A stretch of 64,000 nucleotides of DNA from NCBI GenBank assembly GCA_002269645.1, contig NIVC01003615.1, positions 1 through 64,000 on the forward strand, in the 5' to 3' direction. The DNA comes from Macrostomum lignano. Taxonomy: Eukaryota. The notes below the pieces were generated by a model that was not told the DNA's origin, did no database searches, and saw only the letters and a program-made list of their open reading frames with translations. This document shows positions 34,801-53,996 of the stretch, one piece after another. The translations under genes and the position numbers were made by a program. Numbering within the stretch: position 1 is the first letter of the stretch; the number at the start of each line of letters is the position of its first letter.

Positions 34801-37800
34801 CTCTCGCCCACCATCTGTTCTCTCACCCCACCATCTGTTCTCTCCCCCTCCGTCTCTTCTCTCACCCCACCATCTCTTCTCTCACCCCACCATCTCTTCT
34901 CTCACCCCATCTGTTCTCTCACCCCATCTGTTCTCTCGCCCACCATCTGTTCTCTCACCCCACCATCTCTTCTCCCCCCCTCCATCTGTTCTCTCACCCC
35001 ATCTGTTCTCTCACTCTCCATCTCTTCTCTCACCCACCATCTCTTCTCTCACCCCACCATCTGATCTCTCACCCCACCATCTCTTCTCTCACCCCAACAT
35101 CTGATCTCTCACCCCACCATCTCTTCTCTCACCCCACCATCTCTTCTCTCACCCTCCATCTGTTCTCTCACCCCATCTGGTCTGTCACCCCATCTGTTCT
35201 CTCGCCCACCATCTGTTCTCTCACCCCACCATCTGTTCTCTCCCCCTCCGTCTCTTCTCTCACCCCACCATCTCTTCTCTCACCCCACCATCTCTTCTCT
35301 CACCCCATCTGTTCTCTCACCCCATCTGTTCTCTCGCCCACCATCTGTTCTCTCACCCCACCATCTGTTCTCTCCCCCTCCATCTGTTCTCTCACCCCAT
35401 CTGTTCTCTCACTCTCCATCTCTTCTCTCACCCACCATCTCTTCTCTCACCCCACCATCTGATCTCTCACCCCACCATCTCTTCTCTCACCCCAACATCT
35501 GATCTCTCACCCCACCATCTCTTCTCTCACCCCAACATCTCTTCTCTCACCCCACCATCTCTTCTCTCACCCCACCATCTGTTCTCTCACCCACCATCTC
35601 TTCTCTCACCCAACCATCTGTTCTCTCACCCACCATCTCTTCTCTCACCCAACCATCTCTTCTCTCACCCCCACCATCTGTTCTCTCGCCCCACCATCTG
35701 TTCTCTCACCCCACCATCTGTTCTCTCCCCCTCCGTCTCTTCTCTCACCCCACCATCTCTTCTCTCACCCCACCATCTCTTCTCTCACCCCATCTGTTCT
35801 CTCACCCCATCTGTTCTCTCGCCCACCATCTGTTCTCTCACCCCACCATCTGTTCTCTCCCCCTCCATCTGTTCTCTCACCCCATCTGTTCTCTCACTCT
35901 CCATCTCTTCTCTCACCCACCATCTCTTCTCTCACCCCACCATCTGATCTCTCACCCCACCATCTCTTCTCTCACCCCAACATCTGATCTCTCACCCCAC
36001 CATCTCTTCTCTCACCCCAACATCTCTTCTCTCACCCCACCATCTCTTCTCTCACCCCACCATCTGTTCTCTCACCCACCATCTCTTCTCTCACCCAACC
36101 ATCTGTTCTCTCACCCACCATCTCTTCTCTCACCCAACCATCTCTTCTCTCACCCCCACCATCTGTTCTCTCGCCCCACCATCTGTTCTCTCACCCCACC
36201 ATCTGTTCTCTCCCCCTCCGTCTCTTCTCTCACCCCACCATCTCTTCTCTCACCCCACCATCTCTTCTCTCACCCCATCTGTTCTCTCACCCCATCTGTT
36301 CTCTCGCCCACCATCTGTTCTCTCACCCCACCATCTGTTCTCTCCCCCTCCATCTGTTCTCTCACCCCATCTGTTCTCTCACTCTCCATCTCTTCTCTCA
36401 CCCACCATCTCTTCTCTCACCCCACCATCTGATCTCTCACCCCACCATCTCTTCTCTCACCCCAACATCTGATCTCTCACCCCACCATCTCTTCTCTCAC
36501 CCCAACATCTCTTCTCTCACCCCACCATCTCTTCTCTCACCCCACCATCTGTTCTCTCACCCACCATCTCTTCTCTCACCCAACCATCTGTTCTCTCACC
36601 CACCATCTCTTCTCTCACCCAACCATCTCTTCTCTCACCCCCACCATCTGTTCTCTCGCCCCACCATCTGTTCTCTCACCCCACCATCTCTTCTCTCACC
36701 TCTCCATCTCTTCTCTCATCCTTCCATCTCTTCTCTCACCCACCATCTCTTCTCTCACCCCTTTCTTCCACCTCCCCTCTATCTCATCTTTCATCCCACC
36801 AAGCAAAAGCTCCCGCCCCCGCACCGCCACCAGTGCCTGTTCATGCACTCGCTGAGGAGATTTCTGTTGCGCGACTGGAGCATCGAGCAGCGCTGGATGG
36901 CCCTCCTGCTGCCCCTGCTGCTGCTGTACAACGGTAAGCCGCCTTTATTTTTTAAAGTCTCAATTGCCTATTATAAGTAGCCTAGGCTGAATTGCTTGCG
37001 GTATTGCAGATCCGCTGCTGCCGCTAACGTTTTTGGTGAATCACTGGCTGCCGAGCATGCTGGACACCGTGTTCCAGGCCACCTTCCTGTGCGCCCTGCT
37101 CATGTTCTGGCTGTGCATCTATCACAGCGTGCGCGAGGTGAGGGCGCTTGTGATCGGCTGTTTGTGGGGTCATGCTCTATATGTACACTTAGCAGGATCA
37201 TTTTCAAGTATGTATGCTAGCTGGGTGATGTTCAAAGTATGTACACTAGCTGAGTCATGTTCAAGTATGTATGTACTACCAGGATCATGTTCAAGTATGT
37301 ACATGTGCTAGCAGGATCATGTTCAATTATGTACATGTGTTAGCAGAATCATGTTAAATCATGTAAATGTGTTAGCATGATCATGTTCAATAATGTACAT
37401 GTGTTAGCAGGATCATGTTCAATTATGTACTAGCAGGATCATGTTTAAGTATGTAAATGTGTTAGCAGGATCATGTTCAATTATGTACTAGCAGGATCAT
37501 GTTTAAGTATGTAAATGTGTTAGCAGGATCATGTTCAAGTATGTACATGTGCTAGCAGGATCATGTTTAAGTATGTAAATGTGTTAGCAGGATCATGTTC
37601 AAGTATGTACATGTGCTAGCAGGATCATGTTCAAGTATTGTAGGATTTGTAGGTACATCTGCAAGCAAAATCATACTCAGGCAGACATAACTAGCATATT
37701 AGCGGAATCCTCTTTAAGCATGCACTATTAGTACCGTGTTCGATTGCTCCAACTTACCTACGAGTACTTAAGTAGCATAATTGCGATGTTTAGAACGAGC

Positions 37801-39776
37801 GGCACTTCTGCCGGTTTTACCTGCCCAAGCTGGTTATTGTGGCCGCGATGTGGCTCTTTGCTCTGGTCATCTCGGGCTGGCAGACCGCTCACGAACTGCG
37901 GGATCCGACCTATTTTTATCGACTGGACACCGGCAATTTTATGGTGAGAACCGGGCAGGCATGGGTCTAGCAATCCTCGGATTTTGACGCTTCCATTTTG
38001 TCACCCTAAATTCGCAGGCGCTTAAAGTGACTTTTCTGACCATTTGCGGACTTTACGTGCTTTACCTGGTCTACTTGGTGGTTCGGGCGTTTGCCGAGCT
38101 GAGATCTATGCCCTACTTTGGTGAGCTTTCAACCTGCAGATTTTATTTTCGATACATATCGGCTCCGAGGTTATTTTTGTATTTTCTGTGCATATCGGCT
38201 TCTAGCCTACTTTGTATTTTCTATACATATCGGCTCCGAGGCTATTTTTTAATTTTCTATACATATCCGCTCCGAGGCTATTTTGTATTTTCGATACATA
38301 TCGGCTCCGAGGACATTTTGTATTTTCGATACATATCGGCTCCGAGGCTATTTTTATTTTCTATGCATATCGGTTCCAAGGCTATTTTGTATTTTCTATA
38401 CATATCGGCTGCCGTAATTTTATTTAAATCCTTTTGATGCATATCGGTTGAGATGCTACTGTTTTTGATACATATCACTTTCTCCTTCCTTCGAACGCTC
38501 AGATCTTCGCCTGAAGTTTAGCACCTTCCTGATGCTGATAGTCATCGGGGTGACCATTGCCATTGCCGCCATGCGCTGGGGCTCCGGCGTGTTGGATGAC
38601 AGCTTCGTCGCCGAGGTGTCCGCCCGCTACGACAATTCGGCTGAGTTCGTGTCATTCTACTGCCTGCTCAATTTCTACCTGTTCGCCATGGCCTTCGTGT
38701 ACAGCCCGAGTAGGAACGCTGCTCACGGTGAGGCATATGGCTGGCTACTTAAAATCAGAATTTTTTAATACTACTGATCAGTGTCAGTAGTCAGTAGTAT
38801 CATTGGCACATTCACCGAATTTCTTTACAGAAACTCAATTCAAAGACGATCCCGGGGTCAGCATGGTCACTGATAGCGATGAGGATGCGGTGTACGAGTG
38901 AGTCGCTTTTAATTCTGGCAATTTCTGCAGCCTCTTTGACCTGCTCTGTCATGCACAGCTTTTTTGGAAAATCTGTTTGAAACTGTACTATCGCTTCCAA
39001 TAAAATATGAGCATTCTCTTGCTCCCTGTCTTATTCAGTGTCTCACTCACTGCCTTCACCCACTGCTTCACTCACTCACTGCCTCACTCACTGCCTCACT
39101 CACTGCCTCACTCACTGCCTCACTCACTGTCTCACTCACTGCCTCACCCACTGCTTCACTCACTGCCTCACTCCCTGCCTCACCCACTGCTTCACTCACT
39201 CACTGCCTCACTCACTGCCTCACTCACTGCCTCACCCACTACCTCACCCACTGCTTCACTCACTCACTGCCTCACTCACTGCCTCACCCACTGCCTCACC
39301 CACTGCCTCACTCGCGCACCCCACAGTCTAAGCGTGGGCATCCTGCGCCCCAACCGGCAGAGGCGGTCCGCCTCAGCGCTGCTCATGTGGGTATCGCAGC
39401 TGCGGAGCTGCATTTACAAGAATAAAATCAATTTTCTATTAGCCTCACTTAATGTTCTCAACACTTTTCCACAGTGATTTGGTTTTCGGATAATCTTAAA
39501 AAAGTTGCGAAAGAAAACTTAAATTTGCACCCCTGATTCTTGTGTTGTGATTGCTAATGACCTTTGTCTACTATCATTATTAGCTAAACAGCCGTCGCTC
39601 TGAAAGGAGCTTTGACTCCTCCTGATTGCGTTCCTGATAAATTAGTTATTAATTCACTTTGATTTTCATTTTCGCTCACTCTGTTCGTCACTTCATCAAC
39701 CTGCAGGTCTGACGTCACCGAGAATTCCTTCATGCTGAAGCCGGGAGGCAGAGCGGCTGGCCTGGGCGCGCGCTAA
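31802..39776 (+). CDS. TMEM181: Transmembrane protein 181 (TMEM181/GPR178, Wntless-like family)
   Basis: Approximate exons: 31802-32060, ~32123-32291, 34319-34528, 36834-36933, 37010-37137, 37794-37943, 38018-38120, 38503-38727, 38831-38897 and 39707-39776. Peptides MRLYTLSKRSFVLVFLVFFACFGL, YSPAFTQEEIWLRF, CLFMHSLRRFLLRDWSIEQRWMALLLPLLLLYNDP, FLCALLMFWLCIYH and SMVTDSDEDAVY closely follow vertebrate TMEM181 as I recall it. A further upstream exon is possible. Confidence 0.92.
32313..34262 (+). repeat. Intronic minisatellite (GTGTGCTGTAGTTTATGCTGTAG)n built from 11-12-nt subunits
   Basis: Directly visible ~1.95-kb array filling TMEM181 intron 2. Confidence 0.97.
34530..36770 (+). repeat. Intronic pyrimidine-rich minisatellite (CCACCATCT(C/G)TTCTCTCACC)n with a 485-bp higher-order period
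   Basis: Directly visible. The same variant string starts at 35216, 35701 and 36186. Confidence 0.95.
37190..37636 (+). repeat. Intronic ~32-bp minisatellite (AGCAGGATCATGTTCAAGTATGTACATGTGCT)n
   Basis: Directly visible tandem copies in a TMEM181 intron. Confidence 0.92.
38138..38470 (+). repeat. Intronic ~34-bp minisatellite (TACATATCGGCTCCGAGGCTATTTTGTATTTTC..)n
   Basis: Directly visible degenerate tandem copies. Confidence 0.9.
39040..39320 (+). repeat. (CACTCACTGCCT)n 12-bp repeat
   Basis: Directly visible in the last TMEM181 intron. Confidence 0.93.
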
Positions 39777-39814
39777 GGCGGGCAATGGATCTCCGGGTCT
39801 CTCAGTCACTGTCT

Positions 39815-40360
39815 CTAAGTCCCTCATCCACTGTCCCCAAGTCCCTCATCCACTGTCCCCAAGTCCCTCACCCACTGTCCCCAAGTTCCTCACCCACTGT
39901 CCCCAAGTCCCTCACCCACTGTCCCCAAGTCCCTCACCCACTGTCCCCAAGTTCCTCACCCACTGTCTCCAAGTCCTTTACCCACTGTCCCCAAGTCCCT
40001 CACCCACTGTCTCCAAGTCCCTCACCCACTGTCCCTAAGTCCCTCACCCACTGTCCCCAAGTCCCTAACCCAGTGTCCCCAAGTCCCTCACCCACTGTCC
40101 CCAAGTCCCTCACCCACTGTCCCCAAGTCCCTCACCTATTGTCCCCAAGTCCCTTACCCACTGTCCTTAAGTCCCTAACCCAGTGTCTCCAAGTCCCTTA
40201 CCCACTGTCCTTAAGTCCCTCACCCACTGTCCTTAAGTCCCTCACCCACTGTCCTTAAGTCCCTCACCCACTGTCCCCAAGTCCCTCACCCACTGTCTCC
40301 AAATTCCTCATTCTGTCCCCAAGTCCCCACCCACTGTCCTTAAGTCCCTCACCCTGTCCC
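39815..40360 (+). repeat. (CCCACTGTCCCCAAGTCCCTCA)n 22-bp repeat just after the TMEM181 stop codon
   Basis: Directly visible. The minus strand has GGG/GGGG runs in every unit. Confidence 0.93.
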
Positions 40361-40996
40361 CAATCAACCTACATAAAAAGTCAATAACAACAGTTTTTAA
40401 TTTAATTTTCATATTTTATGCATGCACAATATCGTTGTGCCCAAAACTGAGTATTTAAAAGGAAAAGTAAATTTTTTGAGTCACAGTCATTTGTGTCGTT
40501 TTTGACTTCCCAAGTTGCCCTTGTCAGTTTAAGCTTGTTGTCCATTTCCATGCGCAAATATTTGTATTAATAAGTGCTTCCCATTTTTATCTCGTTGGTC
40601 TCGGCTTCTCTGGTCACGTGACCTGGTGATGGAGATATTTTTTCTAATCCGGGCTCCGAGTTCTGTTGTCTACGCCAGCTCTGCCCAAGCCTTGTGTGAT
40701 GCCGTTTGTTTGTACAGACTTCCCAAACATTTTTTCATTTTTTTGCCGTGTTCTTGAGGAGCCGGCTCTTCCCGTGCTCTGACAATATTTTTTTCTGCAC
40801 GCGGTTTGTTGCTTCCAAACTTTACTTATAAGCAGTTTATTAAAGTGCACCTTTTGGTTGGTTTTTGACAATTTTTGTTTATTTTTATTCTGTGCAACCC
40901 GTTCACTGGGGCTTCCTGCATTCAGAGCTGTGTACGTCTGACCGCTGCTTTTGAGCTGCCTGCATCCGCCTCTGACTGCTCTTGTGATCTGGCGTC

Positions 40997-41622
40997 TCCC
41001 TCTCACTCTCCCCCTCTCCCTCTCACTCTCCCCCTCTCCCTCTCCCTCTCACTCTCCCCTCTCCCTCTCACTCTCCCCTCTCACTCTCACTCTCATCCTC
41101 TCCCTCCCCCTCTCACTCTCCCCCCTCCCTCTCACTCTCCCCCTCCCTCTCACTCTCCCCTCTCCCTCTCTCTCTCACTCTCCCCCTCTCCCCTCACTCT
41201 CTCTCTCTTCCTCTCCCTCCCCCTCTCACTCTCCCCCCCTCCCTCTCACTCTCCCCTCTCCCTCTCACTCTCCCCCTCTCCCTCTCCCTCTCACTCTCCC
41301 CCTCTCCCTCTCACTCTCCCCCTCTCACTCTCTCTCATCCTCTCCCTCCCCCTCTCACTCTCCCCCCCTCCCTCTCACTCTCCCCCTCCCTCTCACTCTC
41401 CCCCTCTCCCTCTCTCTCTCACTCTCCCCCTCTCCCCTCACTCTCTCTCTCTTCCTCTCCCTCCCCCTCTCACTCTCCCCCCTCCCTCTCACTCTCCCCC
41501 TCTCCCTCTCACTCTCCCCCCTCCCTCTCACTCTCCCCCTCCCTCTCCCTCTCACTCTCCCCTCCCTCTCCCTCTCCCTTTCCATCTTCCTCTCTCCCTC
41601 TCCCTCTCTCCCTCAATCTCCT
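40997..41622 (+). repeat. C/T-rich low-complexity repeat (CTCTCACTCTCCCC)n
   Basis: Directly visible. Confidence 0.93.
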
Positions 41623-42439
41623 TCTCTAGAGAGCTCACGTATTTATTTCTCTCCGACTCTCCCTTCCTCAGTTTCTGCTCCCCTTCTCGTTTACTTCCCA
41701 TTACCAATGACTGTTCGTGTCTCCATTCCTTCATCGCTGCAGCAGCCCAGATTAAACGGAATACTGACATGCCGCAGATCCGGCCATAAAATCTTCCAAT
41801 GACCGTTTTTTCGCACTATCCTTATTCGGTAAAGTTTTGTGATCCCTTCTGTCCCCCACCCCGCCTCTATGCACTGCTGACGCTGAACTTCTGGCTTGAG
41901 CACCTGCTCAAATATAATGAAATTCGGCCCAGGCTGTGGTGTAACAACAGCAGATCTGTTAAAATGTTCTTTTTTTGAAATGAGCAAAACTAACCCTTTG
42001 AATTTGTATTTACAAACGCATTCCTATTGTTTTAACTGTGTTTTAATCAGAATTTAAGCAAGATCCCAGACTAAGCCGCTGCCGTGATGAGGGCTTCAGG
42101 CGCTTCAAGGACCCTGAGCTCGCGCACACGCTCAAATCTGATTAAATATCGCTCGATTTCTACAAAGTCAAGGAAGCGAAACTTTAAAGTTCACGTCAAG
42201 TTAAATTTCTACCACTTTAACTTGTCTTACTTTTAGAGCTATTAGATTTGAGAACTTGAAAAGGCGTCTCAAAGGAACAAGATGAGCGCGAAAGTGCAAC
42301 AGCAAGGAAGCAAGTATAGTTGAACATGGCAAACAATTGTCTGAAAGTTCACCACATTGACGGTATAAATGTAGCCTCTCTATCCAGCCCTCGGGGTCCT
42401 TTGCAACTTTACAATAGCAATCCGATCCGCTCAAGGTTT

Positions 42440-42835
42440 GTCTCTTCTCAGCTCTCCTCTCTCTAATCGCGTCTTCTCTTTTCTCTTCTCTCTCCTCTCC
42501 TCTCCTCTCCTCTCCTCCCCTCTCCTTTCTCGCACTTATTTTTTCTCCTTTTTCCTCTCCTCTCCCCTCTCTCCTTTCCTCTCATCTCCTCTCCTTTCCT
42601 CTCATCTCCTCTCCTCTCCTCTCCTTTCCTCTCCTCTCCTCTCCTCTCCTCTTCTTTCCTCTCCTCTCCTCTCCTTTCCTCTCCTCTCCTCTCCTTTCCT
42701 CTCCTCTCCTTTCCTCTCCTTTCCTCTCCTTTCCTCTCCTTTCCTCTCCTCTCCTTTCCTCTCCTTTCCTCTCCTCTCCTCTCCTCTTCTCTCCTCTCTT
42801 TTCTCTCTTTTCTATTTGATTTCCCTCTCCCCTCC
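42440..42835 (+). repeat. (CTCCT/TTCCT)n polypyrimidine microsatellite
   Basis: Directly visible. Confidence 0.93.
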
Positions 42836-43413
42836 TCAGGCCCGCAGTCATGCTTTAGGTTCTCTATCTGGTCCTGGAGGCAAAAAGTTTGCTCACCCCT
42901 GATGTAGATAGTCACTCCTGTGGAATAATAACAATATTTTTCTCTTCATTTGCTACAATCTTTAGTGTATCTTCTTGGATGGTCTTGGATCGGTTTAAGG
43001 GCAAGAAATGCTTTGGTTTCTCCTTGCAAAACTACGTTCTTTAGTTCCTTTATTTGCCTAGTTACTTAGCGTATCAGTTTTTTAATTGATTAAATATCAA
43101 AGACAGTCAAAGAATCGTGGACCATTTGCTAGACTGTTGCAGTTTAGCTAGTTGGGCCAAATTAAATGCTGCTGTTGCCTACCTTGCTACCATAGACAAA
43201 AGCTGCATTATTTTAATAAACATATTTTCGATTAAATTCCATTCGTGTAAGCACAATTATTAAGAAATATTTCTAAAAATAGAAATCCCTTTTGAGTACG
43301 TAAAAAGGACTTCTATTGAACCATTCGATCACAGAAATTCTATTCGATTAAAACAATTGATTAGGTACCATCATCGTTCGTTCCAAAACTATAGTCATTT
43401 TTTTTTTCAAAAG

Positions 43414-46247
43414 ACATTCGACTGCCAGAATTTGCTGTGCGTCATGAACGATGACCAGCCAATGCGGGAGCCCCGAAGTATGCTGCGCGTCTGCTTGTGG
43501 GAGGAAGAGCTGCGGGAGCTCGGGGTCAGTGAGCAGTGCTCCAAACTGCTCGACTTCACCTGCAGGAGCCTCGTTGTGACGCCGTTCCACTTCTCTGAGT
43601 CCACCGTCAAGGTAGGGATGAGGTAGGGATGGAGTAGGGATGGGGTAGGGATGGAGTATAGGGATGTGGTATAGGGATGGGGTATAGGGATGGGGTAGGG
43701 ATGGGGTATAGGGATGGGGTAGGGATGGAGTATAGGGATGTGGTATAGGGATGGGGTATAGGGATGGGGTAGGGATGGGGTATAGGGATGGGGTATAGGG
43801 ATGGGGTAGGGATGGGGTAAGGATGGGTTAGGGATTGAGTAGGGATGGGTTGGGGTAGGGATGGGTTGGGGTAGGGATGGGCCCTGCGGGTTGCGGGTTC
43901 CACCATGGGGTTGACTGCTTGCCTTTGTATGCTTTTAGAAGCCACGAGGCTTCGAAGGCAGCAGTGAGCGATTCCGTGAGCACGGTCGCTAGGTAGTGAT
44001 GGAGACTGGTATGCTAGTGCTCCAGTGGGTGTGGTAGCTAAGTGACACTGGTAGCTAAGTGCTTCCCCTGAGCGTCCAGCTTTCCTGGATAAGGATGGTC
44101 CCCCTTAGGGTGTTCAGGACAATGTGCTGCAGGTTAGCCTTGCAAGATAGTCATGTTTGCTGTCTAGGGATCAGCTTCAGCTTCAGCTTCATTGAGCTGA
44201 ATGAAGAGCAGCTCATTCTCAGCGTCATCGGTGAGGGTTGAGCTGTCTTCGTCCATTGGCTCAGGCTCAGCCGCTTTCCCAGCCGCAGAGGCGGACGCTG
44301 CGTCTGTGGCAGGTGGTGCACCTGACCGCTCTGCGCCGCCTTCCTCCTCGGCGACTGGTGTACGGCTGCTGGCCTCGCCTTGCGCCTCGCCGTCGGGAAT
44401 CTGGACTCTGTCGGCAGCAGTCTCCTTGGTAGCAGCCCCACCTGTTGAACGATCGAGCTATATCTTCTTCCAGTTCCTTTGGCTGGTGGCATGCCAGCAG
44501 GAATACACCCTCATTGAGTGTCCGAGGATACGGTGGTTCCTGACGGCCCAGCCGCGTCACCAGACTTATCCCATCGCCTCATCATCTCATTTCCTCATCA
44601 TCTCATTTCCTCATCATCTCATCGCCTCATCATCTCATCGCCTCATCATCTCATCGCCTCATCATCTCATCGCCTCATCATCTCATTTCCTCATCATCTC
44701 ATTTCCTCATCATCTCATTTCCTCATCATCTCATTTCCTCATCATCTCATTTCCTCATCATCTCATTTCCTCATCATCTCATTACCTCATTATCTCATCG
44801 CCTCGCTGCATTTCCAACTGCCATTTTTTAATCTTCCCAGACACCGGCGGCTCTGGTGCTTCTGATGCTGGCTCTGTCCGTGACCTTCTATCGCAGATTT
44901 GTCGGTGACCCCAATGTTGAAAACGACCATCCAGATGGAGCTAGTGAGAGACTCAGAGTTGCTCAAAGTTTTGCTTAAAATTAGTTTTTTTTATCTGGTT
45001 CTTCCTGTACGCTCGTATAGTCTATGAATCGCATACAGTAAACAGCAAACCTGTAGCCTGTAGATACAGAAAACAGCAAATCTGTAGCCTGTAGATACAA
45101 AAATCAGCAAACCTGTAGCCTGTAGATACAGAAAACAGCAAAACCTGTAGCCTGTAGATACAGAAAACAGCAAATCCGTAGCCTGTAGATACAGAAAACA
45201 GCAAAACCTGTAGCCTTTAGAAAACAGCAAAACCTTGTTGCTAGGGAAGTTCCTGGTGCTGCACAAGGCCAGCCGGGAGTGCCTGGACAAGCAGGCAGTG
45301 GAGACGGTCTGCCGCACCCTGGAGGAGATGGTCAGCGACTCCATGAAGGGCCTGTCCAGCAGGGAGATCTGGGCCTACGAGGTTGTGCATCTGCAGAAGC
45401 TGCGCGAACTCGGATACAAGTGAGCCAATCTCCATCTGGATTATGAAGCTGCCTGATGCTGACTCTTGCATACCGTCCTCACCCTCCGTCACCCTCTCAC
45501 CCTCCGTCACCCTCTCACCCTCCGTCACCCTCTCACCCTCCGTCACCCTCTCACCCTCCGTCACCCTCTCACCCTCCGTCACCCTCTCACCCTCCGTCAC
45601 CCTCTCACCCTCCGTCACCCTCTCACCCTCCGTCACCCTCCGTCACCCTCTCACCCTCCGTCACCCTCTCACCCTCCGTCACCCTCTCACCCTCCGTCAC
45701 CCTCTCACCCTCCGTCACCCTCTCACCCTCCGTCACCCTCTCACCCTCCGTCACCCTCTCACCCTTCGTCACCCTCTCACCCTTCGTCACCCTCTCACCC
45801 TCCGTCACCCTCTCACCCTCCGTCACCCTCTCACCCTTCGTCACCCTCTCAACCTTCGTCACCCTCTCACCCTCCGTCACCCTCTCACCCTCCGTCACCC
45901 TCTCACCCTCCGTCACCCTCTCACCCTTCGTCACCCTCTCACCCTCCGTCACTCTCTCATTCTCTGTCACCCTCCGTTACCTCCGTCGCCCCCGCAGGCT
46001 GCTGGAGTTCCTGGACGATTTGAAACGCGACACGCGCGACTCGCACAACCTGGCGCCCACGCAGGTGCTGACGGACGTCGCCATGACGCTGGTGCTGGAA
46101 CGCGAGGTCCGCTGCCTCACCAACCGTGACAAGGAAGTGCCGGTGCACGCCTTCTCGGCATTCAGCCAGAGCGTCGCCGACCAGGTTGACAACAAAGCTA
46201 TCGAGGGCATGCACGACCTGCTTGAGCACACCAGGATGGCCGCCTGA
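43414..46247 (+). CDS. Unidentified multi-exon protein-coding gene (3' part; middle exons unresolved)
   Basis: GC-rich exons with canonical splice sites lie at 43414-43611 (TFDCQNLLCVMNDD...LWEEELRELGV), 45245-45419 (KFLVLHKASRECLDKQAVETVCRTLEEMV...LQKLRELGYK) and 45998-46247 (LLEFLDDLKRD...MHDLLEHTRMAA*). The last two join in phase 2. Exons between 43940 and 44940 cannot be framed confidently, and I do not recognise the family. Confidence 0.6.
43612..43880 (+). repeat. G-rich repeat (GGTAGGGATGG / GGTATAGGGATGG)n starting at a splice donor
   Basis: Directly visible. It begins at the GT following exon 43414-43611. Confidence 0.92.
44570..44800 (+). repeat. (CTCATCATCTCATTTC)n 16-bp repeat
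   Basis: Directly visible. Confidence 0.9.
45035..45225 (+). repeat. ~31-bp repeat (CAGCAAAACCTGTAGCCTGTAGATACAGAAAA)n
   Basis: Directly visible, about 6 copies. Confidence 0.9.
45475..45975 (+). repeat. (CACCCTCTCACCCTCCGT)n 18-bp intronic repeat
   Basis: Directly visible. It runs up to the acceptor at 45997. Confidence 0.95.
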
Positions 46248-46326
46248 GCAGCCCAAGCCGCCAAAACATGAGTCAAACATTGACTGACAGTCTGATGGAG
46301 AGAATGAGGCTGGAGTGCTCATCGAA

Positions 46327-46990
46327 TTAGACCCTCTACAGATGCTTACAGACCCTCTACAGATGCTTACAGACCCTCTACAGATGCTTACAGACCCTCT
46401 ACAGATGCTTACAGACCCTCTACAGATGCTTACAGACCCTCTACAGATGCTTACAGACCCTCTACAGATGCTTACAGACCCTCTACAGATGCTTACAGAC
46501 CCTCTACAGATGCTTACAGACCCTCTACAGATGCTTACAGACCCTCTACAGATGCTTACAGACCCTCTACAGATGCTTACAGACCCTCTACAGATGCTTA
46601 CAGACCCTCTACAGATGCTTACAGACCCTCTACAGATGCTTACATACCCTCTACAGATGCTTACAGACCCTCTACAGATGCTTACATACCCTCTACAGAT
46701 GCTTACAGACCCTCTACAGATGCTTACAGACCCTCTACAGATGCTTACAGACCCTCTACAGATGCTTACAGACCCTCTACAGATGCTTACAGACCCTCTA
46801 CAGATGCTTACAGACCCTCTACAGATGCTTACAGACCCTCTACAGATGCTTACAGACCCTCTACAGATGCTTACAGACCCTCTACAGATGCTTACAGACC
46901 CTCTACAGATGCTTACAGACCCTCTACAGATGCTTACAGACCCTCTACAGATGCTTACAGACCCTCCCTCTACAGATGCTTACAGACCCT
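46327..46990 (+). repeat. (GACCCTCTACAGATGCTTACA)n 21-bp near-perfect array between two convergent stop codons
   Basis: Directly visible, about 31 copies. Confidence 0.97.
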
Positions 46991-47315
46991 CTAGAGATGT
47001 TCTACAGACCTCTACAGATACTTTTTACAGATATTTTATAGGTGCTCTACAGAAAATCTACAGATAGTCTACAGGACTTCTAACTTCCGATAGCCGCAAA
47101 TCCTCAATAAATTATCAGTCACCCTGAGCGTGGCTATTTTGAATATCCTCCCAAATTTCCAGATGTAGTGTTTCAATAATAAAATCACAAAGTTTGATTA
47201 AACATTTGCAAAACAACATTCTAACTGGCTTGTTATAATAGTTCTAAATCATTTTCAATCTGCCTACTCGAAAGCAGTAAAAATTTATATTAGTTGCCGA
47301 CAAATTCTGCCGCAG

Positions 47316-53996
<6,681 letters not shown>

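Noticed and set aside
41850-42145. Possible small plus-strand exons (ALLTLNFWLEHLLKYNEIRPRLW; EFKQDPRLSRCRDEGFRRFKDPELAHTLKSD*)
   Set aside because: The peptides look protein-like, but I could not build a consistent splice chain or a start, so they are too weak to call.
34530-46023. Pro/Ser/Leu/His-rich and Glu/Arg-rich ORFs (e.g. 40875-41789, 42463-42915, 45383-46129)
   Set aside because: They come from low-complexity arrays. Only the short embedded exon segments are real.
46315-47067. 250-aa ORF of (LTDPLQM)n
   Set aside because: It is the translation of a 21-bp tandem array lying between two convergent stop codons. It stays open only because the unit is a multiple of 3 without a stop, and there is no ATG context or splice support.
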